Under the pieces are notes generated by a model. The model was given only the letters and a program-made list of their open reading frames with translations, was not told the origin of the DNA and did not search any database. Made by a program: the position numbers and the translations under genes. Shown here piece by piece: positions 28,338-37,831 of a stretch of 64,000 nucleotides of DNA. Source of the stretch: a virus. How positions within the stretch are numbered: the stretch's first letter is position 1; the number at the start of each line of letters is the position of its first letter. The stretch is taken from IMG/VR virus record IMGVR_UViG_3300027800_000004, positions 1-64,000 of that record, one strand, 5' to 3'.

Positions 28338-29018
28338 TTATTGATTAGGCCTGTTGGCGTTCATGTCGTTTACCGTATCCTCCGGCAGTTTTGCCCTTAA
28401 CAACTCGATGACCTGTTTTACAAGCAGATCTTCCTGTCCTGATGGCATTGCTACATCATCATAATCATCAATCTGATCCAGAGGAACGATCATCTTTACG
28501 TTAAAATATGTTAAGGTTGGTGGTGCTATGTATAATGATATCGGAATATGATCGCATTTGAGAATATGCGTTTCAATGCCGGCTCCCGTGTCGTTCTGTT
28601 CCAACCGGAAATATGGCGTTGTGTCTGTGGTATAAACTTCCAACTCGCTGAAGATAGGTATTGCGCCACTTTCAAGGTAGGCAAAGGCTATGTTTTCATT
28701 TGTTGCAGATGACACCTGCCGGATCCCCATATTGTTTGGTAATTGTATTGGTGGGTAGGGAAGTCTTAAATTGCCTGTCAAGAAACCTCCGACAACTGCA
28801 TCATTATACAGAGCAAGTGAGTAAGTTCTTGTCCAGGCATCCAGTTGACTATAATCGCTGAACTTTTTACCATTAAGCCATGTCATATAGACGGCCTGAT
28901 TATAGGCTATCTCCAGATGTTTCTTAATGATCTCCGGATGGTATTGTGATAACATATCATCCGGCAGTTCTGATGCCAGGAAGTCAGAAACAAGTTCAAC
29001 GAGATTGATCTTTTTCAT
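28338..29018 (-). CDS. Tail ring/adaptor protein
   Basis: 226 aa; LPYPPIQLPNNMGI and DDVAMPSGQEDLLVKQVIEL; synteny with crAss-like ring genes. Confidence 0.6.
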   Translation of the reverse strand: MKKINLVELVSDFLASELPDDMLSQYHPEIIKKHLEIAYNQAVYMTWLNGKKFSDYSQLDAWTRTYSLALYNDAVVGGFLTGNLRLPYPPIQLPNNMGIRQVSSATNENIAFAYLESGAIPIFSELEVYTTDTTPYFRLEQNDTGAGIETHILKCDHIPISLYIAPPTLTYFNVKMIVPLDQIDDYDDVAMPSGQEDLLVKQVIELLRAKLPEDTVNDMNANRPNQ

Positions 29019-29206
29019 TTCTTCTTAGATTTCTCAATTTTGCGACCACCGATATCAATCATCTTCTTACCGGCACTCGTCATCACATTTGACTTGAAAG
29101 TAGGCTTACCGGCCTTTCTAGCGGTCAGTCTGCCACCCATGTAGGCTTTCATGCCCGTATCAACGAGCCTCTTGCCTCTCTGGTACTGTTTTGTTTTATC
29201 TGGCAT
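29015..29206 (-). CDS. Small basic protein
   Basis: 63 aa, Lys/Arg-rich; ATGA overlap with the downstream gene. Confidence 0.5.
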   Translation of the reverse strand: MPDKTKQYQRGKRLVDTGMKAYMGGRLTARKAGKPTFKSNVMTSAGKKMIDIGGRKIEKSKKK

Positions 29207-29208
29207 GA

Positions 29209-29358
29209 TTACTTCTTTTTTGGTGTTTTACCCTGTGTCCAACCGCCTCCCTTTTTTCTCTTAATTCCCGTGCTTGATGAGCATATTGCATAAGCGGAGG
29301 ATTTGCTTCTGCCCTGTGCCTGTACTTTGCTTACACATCTTTCTAGTTTCTTTGGCAT
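29209..29358 (-). CDS. Small basic phage protein (49 aa)
   Basis: Hand-translated MPKKLERCVSKVQAQGRSKSSAYAICSSSTGIKRKKGGGWTQGKTPKKK; fills the gap between ring genes; below the ORF-track cutoff. Confidence 0.6.
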   Translation of the reverse strand: MPKKLERCVSKVQAQGRSKSSAYAICSSSTGIKRKKGGGWTQGKTPKKK

Positions 29359-29369
29359 CTCTTTTAGTT

Positions 29370-30071
29370 TTAAATACCTTGTTGAATTTTCGTATTAGCG
29401 TACTGGACGATATCTGCCTCACGGAGATTAACGCCCATGTATTCAAGTATCATCCTTACAAGGTCCATGTGTTCGTCCTGGGGCCACTCAAACTCTGTTG
29501 ACGATGCGGCATTATAGGTGATGTAACCCTCAAACTGATTATATTCAAAGATAGGTTCTACCGGCCACCGCCAGTATGCAAAGTCAACGGCTGTAATTGT
29601 TATCGGATAGATCTGTATGCCGGTGCTACGCATGATACCTATCGGATACATTGTGGTAGGTGCTTTTGTATAATTGCCTCTCCGCGCTGTTCCTTCTGTC
29701 TCCCGAAGGATCTCCACCTGTCTAGGTACAGGGATGGACACACCGTCAATGGTAGTGTCCCTATTATACGTTATCTGGTCCCTGTGAGCATAGTCAGACG
29801 GATATGGGAGTAACCCTGCCACGCATGCTGTATTTGACAAGAACATCTTGAATGCCTTCATGTCATCAGCGTTCTTCAGAGTTATTTCTACAAATTCTCT
29901 GGGAATCGGTCTGCCAGGTTGGTATTCTGCCGGAAGTCCAAACTTCTTCTTATACTTGTCAATGTTGACAACCTTTATCAACTGTCTGAACCGATCAGGA
30001 CCCCAGATGTTTCCTGCATAGTCCTTATTCAGAATTAACTCTACCAACTCATACATCTCGAATAAGGTCAT
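29370..30071 (-). CDS. Tail ring/head-tail connector protein
   Basis: 233 aa; ELILNKDYAG, IQIYP...YWRWPVEP...SSTEFEWP...ILEYMGVNLRE; crAss-like ring protein pattern. Confidence 0.65.
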   Translation of the reverse strand: MTLFEMYELVELILNKDYAGNIWGPDRFRQLIKVVNIDKYKKKFGLPAEYQPGRPIPREFVEITLKNADDMKAFKMFLSNTACVAGLLPYPSDYAHRDQITYNRDTTIDGVSIPVPRQVEILRETEGTARRGNYTKAPTTMYPIGIMRSTGIQIYPITITAVDFAYWRWPVEPIFEYNQFEGYITYNAASSTEFEWPQDEHMDLVRMILEYMGVNLREADIVQYANTKIQQGI

Positions 30072-30076
30072 CGTCT

Positions 30077-31201
30077 TTAGTATTGAATGAATATTTCACC
30101 TTCCTTGAAAAACATCTTACCCGTCTTTAGCGGTATGTTTACCGTATCTCCTGAGATAACGTACCCTTTCTCATAAAAGATCGTCATTCCCCCTTCATAC
30201 ACCCTCGCCCCCTGTTGCCAATACATACCATTCTGTCTTACCAAAGGTACATCTTTCCCAACCTCCCAATGAGCATTAGCAGCAATACCCATATTAAACT
30301 CAGTCCAGGTTCCCCATTCCACTCTCCATGATGGTACCAAACTTTCTGTATCAATAAAGTATGGATCTCTTAACTGAGAATGAGTATCATATCCGTGTTC
30401 TCTCCACTGGGTTAATGTATGTCTCACTCCGGCAATAGTAAAGATCGGTTCTCCTGCCTCACACCAATAAACATTATAGTCACATTCAAATCCCTGTAAA
30501 CAATCTTCTTCCATTACGTTGATATTAATAATCTGTCTTTTGGTATAGAAGATATTGTTCTTGATCTTTGTGTTATGTGCCCTGCCGAATGCGTCAGGAT
30601 GACCGGAGGATGTGTCGGTGTTCATGTAAACATCAATCAGACCGCGCCAGGTTCCGATGCCTGGACCAACATATACCGAATCTTCGCTATAAAAGGTATT
30701 ATTATAAATCCTTACTCCGTTCATTCCTTTAACTACAACGCCAACGGCAGGAGGATTACGAATGATATTGTAAGCCACTACCCCGGAAGTATCAGTCAAT
30801 CCATTTGACTTACGAACAATACCCATTGGAACGTAATTGAGATAATTATACATGATCCTTGCGTCCGTATTATATCCTGTAAATATCCCATGAGTAATTG
30901 TATTGGCATTCTGATCTCCGGTCCAGTTGAACTTGTTACCAATTATCTGTTCACCACGAAGATTATTGGTATATCCTGACGGCACTTCATATCCTGCTTC
31001 CAGCATATACCCGTTTTTGTTACAGGTCTGAACATAGTTGTTCTTAAAGGTGAAAGTCGTAGGAACGGTTTTTGGAAAGACTACCCCATATCCTACATCG
31101 CAGTTGATGGTATCAATCTTTGTCTGTCCTTCAATGGTCAAAACAACTTGCGCCGATAAAATCGGCGGCAATAATAACATTATGAATATCAGCCACTTCA
31201 T
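30077..31201 (-). CDS. Secreted right-handed beta-helix protein, paralog of the N-terminal domain of the 929-aa tailspike
   Basis: Signal peptide MKWLIFIMLLLPPILSA|Q; shares ITHGIFTGYN, VPMGIVRKSNGxTDTSG, VVKGMNG, KIKNNIFYT, GFECDYN with 21573..24362. Confidence 0.7.
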   Translation of the reverse strand: MKWLIFIMLLLPPILSAQVVLTIEGQTKIDTINCDVGYGVVFPKTVPTTFTFKNNYVQTCNKNGYMLEAGYEVPSGYTNNLRGEQIIGNKFNWTGDQNANTITHGIFTGYNTDARIMYNYLNYVPMGIVRKSNGLTDTSGVVAYNIIRNPPAVGVVVKGMNGVRIYNNTFYSEDSVYVGPGIGTWRGLIDVYMNTDTSSGHPDAFGRAHNTKIKNNIFYTKRQIININVMEEDCLQGFECDYNVYWCEAGEPIFTIAGVRHTLTQWREHGYDTHSQLRDPYFIDTESLVPSWRVEWGTWTEFNMGIAANAHWEVGKDVPLVRQNGMYWQQGARVYEGGMTIFYEKGYVISGDTVNIPLKTGKMFFKEGEIFIQY

Positions 31202-31770
31202 TTTATTGTGAATGTATCATTATCGCTAACCCATGTAATCACTCTTCCACCATATCCGGTAGTGGCATGTGCAGGAGAGGTCCATGTCAGCATCATCTTT
31301 TCATTATATTGATTATCTGATCTCAGACTGTCCGGTACTGAACTCCAATCATAATTGGCATCAAAAAATGCCTCTTGCTCCGCTACCATTTTGTCTGCCT
31401 GATCGTACATATTATTTATCTTGATCCAATTATCAGCAAGTAAATCTCCGGTAGGAGTAATTACGGGTGGTTGTGAATCTTTTGCTGTTACCGTAAAACT
31501 AACTTCACTAAAATTATTAAATGCGTCCGTCGCTCTAATCACTACCGTAACCACAGGATTTGTAATGCTCAAAATAGTGCCAGGAGCCGGTGTCTGAACC
31601 ACGCTCTTAATGCTACAATTATCGGTCACAATAACCATTGGTACATAGTTAGGTAGTGGAGCTTCACAATTTGCCCCAACCATAACATACTGTGGAGGTA
31701 TCTGCGAAAGCAGACATGTACAACTGCTTGCAAGAAGCATAACCGCAAAAAGAATTGTTAGTTTTTTCAT
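31198..31770 (-). CDS. Exported protein/lipoprotein with HYR-like Ig domain
   Basis: MKKLTILFAVMLLASSC lipobox-like; VTDNCS...QTPAPGT...RATDAFNN.SEVSFTVTAKDSQPP. Confidence 0.6.
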   Translation of the reverse strand: MKKLTILFAVMLLASSCTCLLSQIPPQYVMVGANCEAPLPNYVPMVIVTDNCSIKSVVQTPAPGTILSITNPVVTVVIRATDAFNNFSEVSFTVTAKDSQPPVITPTGDLLADNWIKINNMYDQADKMVAEQEAFFDANYDWSSVPDSLRSDNQYNEKMMLTWTSPAHATTGYGGRVITWVSDNDTFTIK

Positions 31771-31774
31771 TATC

Positions 31775-32221
31775 TTATCGTATTATTAGTTTGAATTTTG
31801 GTGGAAGAATTGTTCTTAATAAATCCATTGCCTTGGTGCTATCCTGTACGTCTATGTTTCCGTCATTGTTTATGTCAAAAAACTTTAATCCTACAAGGAT
31901 ACATCCAAGGGTATCAACTTTTCTCAGGTCTTTCATAATGGCTCTTTCCAGTAGCATTTTTTCAGATGCGTAGTTGCCAATATGAATGATTATATTAGAC
32001 CGGTTTGGTACATCCTTTACAAGAAAACATATTCCAAATTTCTGAGAATGTATGCGTTCGCACTCGTATTCACCTGGGGGGATGCAGGAAATATCTTTGT
32101 GATTTTCAAGGTACGGCAGTTCCAGGCTCTTGACCTGGGCAACTACCGTATCCTCGTCAATCACCAAGAAACAGCCTTGTGTCTGCTTCTCAAGATAAGA
32201 TCTGCCAATTACTGCGAACAT
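31775..32221 (-). CDS. DUF5675-like protein, putative endolysin-type cell-wall enzyme
   Basis: SLELP...SCIPPGEY...KFG...VPNRSNIIIHIGNY...DTLGCILVG; adjacent to a holin candidate. Confidence 0.7.
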   Translation of the reverse strand: MFAVIGRSYLEKQTQGCFLVIDEDTVVAQVKSLELPYLENHKDISCIPPGEYECERIHSQKFGICFLVKDVPNRSNIIIHIGNYASEKMLLERAIMKDLRKVDTLGCILVGLKFFDINNDGNIDVQDSTKAMDLLRTILPPKFKLIIR

Positions 32222-32427
32222 TATACAGGCTCGCTTTGCTTAAAGAATATCCCGATCAATGCAACAACCCCGGCAATTACCGATGAAATAAGGGGTAAGG
32301 CCTGTGAAGATTGTTCGGGTGTAACAATGCCGAAACCTACAAGAACTGCAAACACAAGTGCGATAATTGATAATACTGTCTGCATCCAAGTTGCAGACCA
32401 TTCTCTTTTTGTACTTTTTGCTTTCAT
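32221..32427 (-). CDS. Putative holin
   Basis: 68 aa, basic N-terminus, two hydrophobic helices; next to the DUF5675-like gene. Confidence 0.6.
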   Translation of the reverse strand: MKAKSTKREWSATWMQTVLSIIALVFAVLVGFGIVTPEQSSQALPLISSVIAGVVALIGIFFKQSEPV

Positions 32428-32437
32428 AATTTAACTT

Positions 32438-33193
32438 TTAAGTGAATACTAATCTATTTTGAAGATCAATGTTTCCTTCTATTGTAGGATGTTGATCGAA
32501 GTTTTTATTTGGAAGGTAAAGACACACCTGTTCAAACCATTTGCGATAAGTAAAGTTCCTGTCCAGACAGTTCCAGAAATAGAATGAAAACGCACCGTTA
32601 AAAACTCCGTTAATTTCCGCATCGGCAGAAGTTTCATTCTCTGCACAGGCAGAAAAAATAATAACGTCACCCATAGGATGTATTGCCTTTTTTATCCTGT
32701 TGTATGAAGGCAAACATTTTTTTGGAGGCATAAAACGAGCCTTGCTATTCAATGCTCTTGGCTTATTCCCTGAGAAGCAACTGTCGAGAATTAATACGAA
32801 AGTAACACCTTGGGGAATGTCTTTTAGCAATTCTTCAGTTTCATCGTCAATGAAGTTCCCGTCATAAAGATAAAGTGTTTCGTCCACGCCGTCAGGCTCA
32901 TCCCCGTGAACATCCTTCACATAACTTCCGTGACCGCTGTAAGCGACTATTATTATGTCACCAGAAACAGCGTTTTGTTTTGCATAAAGCACTTGATCTC
33001 TGAGTGTGCGCCTTGTTACATCACTATCCTTAAACGGTCTTATCTGAAAGTCGGGTATTTGACTTGCTGCCAGCAGCATATCATTATTACATCCGTTCAG
33101 ATCGTTTTTTGAGCCTTTGTAGTCGTTAATTGATAGCAATATTGCGACCTTATTTGAGTGTTCCCACGCTATCGGTTTTCTTTTGAAGCACAT
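32438..33193 (-). CDS. Metacaspase (peptidase C14)
   Basis: INDY...LNGCNND, YSGHGS (catalytic His), DEPDGVDETL, LDSCFSG (catalytic Cys), FSACAENETSADA, NGAFS, QHP. Confidence 0.9.
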   Translation of the reverse strand: MCFKRKPIAWEHSNKVAILLSINDYKGSKNDLNGCNNDMLLAASQIPDFQIRPFKDSDVTRRTLRDQVLYAKQNAVSGDIIIVAYSGHGSYVKDVHGDEPDGVDETLYLYDGNFIDDETEELLKDIPQGVTFVLILDSCFSGNKPRALNSKARFMPPKKCLPSYNRIKKAIHPMGDVIIFSACAENETSADAEINGVFNGAFSFYFWNCLDRNFTYRKWFEQVCLYLPNKNFDQHPTIEGNIDLQNRLVFT

Positions 33194-33600
33194 TATTTTA
33201 ACGCATTAACAATATTCCATAACTCGCGCAGTCCAAAATAGTCCAGTAACCCTACGATAATCGCCACCGATCCAATAAATATCAACAATAACGCCCACCA
33301 ATTCTTTTTCATCCATTGGTAAGGTTTGTGGCTTCCGGTTTTAACGTGTTCTTTAAACTCTAGAACAACTTCTGCCCTCTTGTTGCTTTCTCTCTGTAAC
33401 TCCGCGACAGTGCCGTTCAGTTCTTTAAGATGTTCCTTTATGTCTTTAAGATCTTTGTTTGTTATCCATGCAGTTGCCGCAAGATCTTTATGCACACCCT
33501 TTATGCCGTCTGTTATAGCATTACGGATATCATTATGAGCATTTAGATTGTTTAATTGAATGTCCTCTACGGCTTTAAATATAAGAGTTAGATCTGCCAT
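33193..33600 (-). CDS. Coiled-coil protein with C-terminal transmembrane helix (holin/antiholin-like)
   Basis: IKEHLKELNGTVAEL coiled coil followed by WWALLLIFIGSVAIIVGLL. Confidence 0.5.
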   Translation of the reverse strand: MADLTLIFKAVEDIQLNNLNAHNDIRNAITDGIKGVHKDLAATAWITNKDLKDIKEHLKELNGTVAELQRESNKRAEVVLEFKEHVKTGSHKPYQWMKKNWWALLLIFIGSVAIIVGLLDYFGLRELWNIVNALK

Positions 33601-33972
33601 TTATATCGCTTGATTAATTGTGTACCAATATTCAAATCCATCATATAGAAAAACAACAATGTTTACAACGCCGGCTGTCTCTACATAGGCGAATGAACTG
33701 TTAGATTTACGAAATCCATTGAAGACTGGTATGTGTGTTCCATCTCCAATCAGTCTATAAATTGCCCCAAAACCGGGAATAGGTGTTAACACTATGCTTG
33801 GCGCGAGCGTGTCGTTTGTAATTAATGTATGTTCACAAACAGTACATCCTCTATTAAATGGAATAGCTACATTATATGATGCTGTCTGTGCATATAAATC
33901 GCCAAAATTATTTGCCAATTTTGCTGTTAGAGCTACACCATTATCTCCTACTAATACCGTTTGATTTGCCAT
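33601..33972 (-). CDS. Small fibre-associated structural protein
   Basis: 123 aa; KLANNFGDLY N-terminal motif seen in tail-fibre attachment segments. Confidence 0.4.
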   Translation of the reverse strand: MANQTVLVGDNGVALTAKLANNFGDLYAQTASYNVAIPFNRGCTVCEHTLITNDTLAPSIVLTPIPGFGAIYRLIGDGTHIPVFNGFRKSNSSFAYVETAGVVNIVVFLYDGFEYWYTINQAI

Positions 33973-33983
33973 ATTCTATTTGC

Positions 33984-36900
33984 TTATGTTAATAACTCTA
34001 GTGTTGCCGATAATGCGTTTGTGAGTTCATAAGATAATTCATTCTGAGTAATCCATAAAACATCTTTATCCTCATTATAAGATATTAATGTTGTAGTTGA
34101 AGATTCATAAGTTCCTGTTCCACAAACAAATTCGTATGTCAACGTACTTGGATTAATCCTTAAAACTGAAGGCACAACTGTTTCACCCCCTCCGTTAACA
34201 TAAGATATTCTATTTCTAATTCCACTAAATATTATGCCATTGCTTGTTATTGCATGGTTATCTTTCATTTTATAATTTGAATACCAATCACCAAATCCAG
34301 TTTTAGCATCTACCGCATTAGTGGCACATGGAATAAGTAACTTATCAAACTCGGTAAAATCTATAAATCCAAAAGGCATTCGGGCTATAAGTGTTGATTT
34401 GTGAATAATATATATTGGAATACACCAATAACCGCCACTGAGTTCTACCGTTATATCTGAAGAAACTAAGTATTCTTGATAAAACATTATGTAATCTCCG
34501 CATAATACCAGTCTTCCAAAATATTGTCTTCCAAGCCATGCGGCATCTCGTATTTCAATATTAAAATATATTGATTTGTTATTAAGATCACTCGCGCTGA
34601 CAACACTTCTTATATCAACAATCTTTACTATTGGATATTGGTTTATAAGATCTTCGGTTCCTGTGTGTAAAACTCCAAGACTATCAGCAAATGAACAATT
34701 CATCATTGCACGAATCTCTGTTCTAAATAGTCCAATAAATAAATAATCACCATCATTTCCAAGACCAGACTGCATAAATTGGTCACTCGATTTTAATAAT
34801 GTAATCAATCTGTCCCTTGCCTCATTATCGCTTTCACCAGACTCTTTATAGATATTAATCCAACTTAAAACCGCTGTCTCTACGGCTGCATTAGAGTAGT
34901 TAGCACCCGTTAATCCAAGTTGATTATACCTTAGATCATAAGAATAGGCAAAATTTATATCATAGGCACAATCAATTTTTGTATCAACCAAAATCCCTGT
35001 ACCCAGATAATTTAACCAATCAATAACGCCAAATACTATTCCGTCCATATAAGAAAGTTGTCTTCGATGTTGTGCTGTATAGTATAATAATGGACTATTA
35101 AGAGACATAAAAGTCATATCCAATACGGAAATTGTTTGTTTCTTAATATTTGCTCCGGATGTATTAAGGCCATTTATGAAATCTACTATTATTATTGTAC
35201 CTGGATAACCAATCAATATTAAATATCTATCATTTACCAATAAACTTGATTCTATACTAATAGGATTGGGTAGGTATGTTTTTTCCGTAAGATCATTAAG
35301 ATTATAAATAAGTAATGGCTCATATCTGGTTCCGATAACTAAAACAATGTCCTCAACTTCGTAAACATTTTCAGGATATCCATAAATAGCAGTTAAATTA
35401 TTTAATTCAGTTATTCTTACGAAGATGTGATTAATGTCATTAAAACTTTTTATCTCGGCAGTATAAATATTTTGATTTAGTTCTTTAATATCTATAGCTA
35501 AATAAAGAATATCAAAAACATTCAAATATTCAAAATCCTCATAATCATAATAATTGTCTTCATCGGTTAAGTCTAATATTTCTATTGTTCCTCCCTTATC
35601 TGTATCATTTAACTCTCTTATAAGAAATCCTAGCGGGTTAGTGTCTGGATCATAATAAAAAGAAGGATCACTAGTATCTACATAAACAAACTTACTTCCA
35701 TACGGCTGGATTGCATGATCTCCTCTAGGAAAGCATTCATTCCCTTGATAATCCTCTATTATTGCCATCCATGTATCACTATCATCATATCCATATTGAT
35801 TATGGAAATTGCATAGATAATATGATACACTAGCACTATTTTCAAAATAATAATCTTCTCTTGTAATTATTCCTCTTGTAATATGATTAAATCTATGTTT
35901 ATCTAGTAGGTCGGGATGGAGGAAATCACCTGTCTCTCTGTCAATATAGTGAGCATACATAGGTCTGGAAATACCCTCATAAGATGCCATCATCAGATAT
36001 TTATTAACCTGGGCGGCACCAAAACCATAAAATAAACCTACTGCCCACCAATTTTCATCATACGACGCTTCACTAGTAAATACTGTTGTACAATTATGTG
36101 GTACTGCCGACAAGCTAGTAAATGATTCAATATCCGTAATATGTGAACCCATGTCTAAGGCCTCATACGGAGAGTCGGTGTTTGATACAAGTATAAAAGC
36201 ATTAATAATATTATTTAAGTCGGCAAGGCACCATCTATCCTCTCCGGAATAATAACATCTATAAAATACACGAAGATAAATACTTGCTGTTCCTTCATTT
36301 ATTTTACTATCATCTTCATGTACATAAATTCTGTCAAATTTTATAGTAGTACCTGATGTTCCTACAAGTTGAGGCAGTGTGGCATTTGCAATAATAGTAG
36401 CCTTGATATTATCAAACAACATATCATTTGCTCCAGATCCGTGCGTAGAGGCTTTAATGTACTTGCCAGTAAAAATTGACAATGCAAACGTAAATGTAAA
36501 TTTTATTCCAAATTTTCGTACAGCAACTCTTTCAAGTTCCTCGTCCGTATTATCAAAAACATATTTCCATTGGTTTTCAACAACGGAATACTCACCTATG
36601 CTTGGACTATTAGTCCACCCATGCAGAGGAATTATCAAATTCCCATCTTCAGAAATACCCGTTGATTGATATGTGCCGCGACGAGGCTCTATAAAATTAA
36701 ATAAATACGGAGAACCGATGCCCCACCCATACGGCCTATCGTACGTTGAATTTTTAAGTACATCTAAGAGAGTAAGTTCAAATTTCTCGTTTTTAGTAAA
36801 ATCCCAAATGTAAATAGTTGGGTCAAAAGTCCCGTTTTGTGGTGCTATAAAATTTCCTAATAGATTACTATTATGAAGATTATATATTGCCTCATTTTCA

Positions 36901-37061
36901 CTAGATCTAACTGGCACTGTAAAAAGTTTTGGAAAAAGTGAATCTGGAAAAATAGTGAAATATTGACCATTTGAAAGTTGAATAACGCAGACATACCTAC
37001 CATTAAAATCGTATAAATTAACCGCAGAAATTCCAAGTGATAATAATAGTTTATAACTCAT
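33984..37061 (-). CDS. Large AT-rich hypothetical protein, probable receptor-binding/fibre protein
   Basis: 1025 aa, Ile/Tyr/Asn-rich, beta-rich; lies in the fibre cluster; visibly lower GC than the core genes. Confidence 0.4.
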   Translation of the reverse strand: MSYKLLLSLGISAVNLYDFNGRYVCVIQLSNGQYFTIFPDSLFPKLFTVPVRSSENEAIYNLHNSNLLGNFIAPQNGTFDPTIYIWDFTKNEKFELTLLDVLKNSTYDRPYGWGIGSPYLFNFIEPRRGTYQSTGISEDGNLIIPLHGWTNSPSIGEYSVVENQWKYVFDNTDEELERVAVRKFGIKFTFTFALSIFTGKYIKASTHGSGANDMLFDNIKATIIANATLPQLVGTSGTTIKFDRIYVHEDDSKINEGTASIYLRVFYRCYYSGEDRWCLADLNNIINAFILVSNTDSPYEALDMGSHITDIESFTSLSAVPHNCTTVFTSEASYDENWWAVGLFYGFGAAQVNKYLMMASYEGISRPMYAHYIDRETGDFLHPDLLDKHRFNHITRGIITREDYYFENSASVSYYLCNFHNQYGYDDSDTWMAIIEDYQGNECFPRGDHAIQPYGSKFVYVDTSDPSFYYDPDTNPLGFLIRELNDTDKGGTIEILDLTDEDNYYDYEDFEYLNVFDILYLAIDIKELNQNIYTAEIKSFNDINHIFVRITELNNLTAIYGYPENVYEVEDIVLVIGTRYEPLLIYNLNDLTEKTYLPNPISIESSLLVNDRYLILIGYPGTIIIVDFINGLNTSGANIKKQTISVLDMTFMSLNSPLLYYTAQHRRQLSYMDGIVFGVIDWLNYLGTGILVDTKIDCAYDINFAYSYDLRYNQLGLTGANYSNAAVETAVLSWINIYKESGESDNEARDRLITLLKSSDQFMQSGLGNDGDYLFIGLFRTEIRAMMNCSFADSLGVLHTGTEDLINQYPIVKIVDIRSVVSASDLNNKSIYFNIEIRDAAWLGRQYFGRLVLCGDYIMFYQEYLVSSDITVELSGGYWCIPIYIIHKSTLIARMPFGFIDFTEFDKLLIPCATNAVDAKTGFGDWYSNYKMKDNHAITSNGIIFSGIRNRISYVNGGGETVVPSVLRINPSTLTYEFVCGTGTYESSTTTLISYNEDKDVLWITQNELSYELTNALSATLELLT

Positions 37062-37831
37062 ATTATTTGCGTTATATTGATAATTCCTAATTCGTCAAGT
37101 TTTACCACATTAAAAGTAAGAATAGATGCTGTTGTTAGCGTTGTATATCTCTGTGTTAAACCATCAATGTAAGTATTACCATCCTGACAAACTGTTTCTA
37201 TGTTTGTATGGTCATAGTTAATATACCAATAAAATATTATATCAAACAGATTATTAATAGCATAATTAAAATTAGCTTGGAAATGGATTTTTACATTAAA
37301 ATTACATGGAGCAGTAAGGTTAGTAAGTCTAATATTTAAAATCTTATGTCTAAGCGATTGAGCAAAATTAGTTTGGCGATAAATAATATCATAATGTAAT
37401 TTTGATGGATAGTAGTTTGGTATAATTATATTTAGTTCAGTAAGTTCCGGATAAATCATCATATTGCTTCCAAAATAATGACTAATCACCGGGGATATAA
37501 TAAAAGGTTCTAGATCAAAACACAATATCTTTCCGTATGCAAGGTTTCTTTTTATTTCTCCATCAATATAAACAGTATCTCCGGGCATAGTGATTAATAA
37601 CTTATCCTGTGGTGCTGTTATGGTAAAAGTCCTTGGATCTAATACATTGAAGAGAGTTAAGTTTGGCTCAATAGGTAATGAAATTATGTCAACCTGGGCC
37701 TCAATAGAATAGGTTTCAATACTTATCCCATTGAAAAAGGTATAATATACTACATTACCCGCAAGGACCGATTTGCCCGGATAATATTCACGAGTACCGC
37801 TTACTAACCAGTTTTTGAGAAGTATGCTCAT
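37058..37831 (-). CDS. Hypothetical AT-rich protein
   Basis: 257-aa ORF with ATGA overlap to the downstream gene. Confidence 0.4.
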   Translation of the reverse strand: MSILLKNWLVSGTREYYPGKSVLAGNVVYYTFFNGISIETYSIEAQVDIISLPIEPNLTLFNVLDPRTFTITAPQDKLLITMPGDTVYIDGEIKRNLAYGKILCFDLEPFIISPVISHYFGSNMMIYPELTELNIIIPNYYPSKLHYDIIYRQTNFAQSLRHKILNIRLTNLTAPCNFNVKIHFQANFNYAINNLFDIIFYWYINYDHTNIETVCQDGNTYIDGLTQRYTTLTTASILTFNVVKLDELGIINITQII

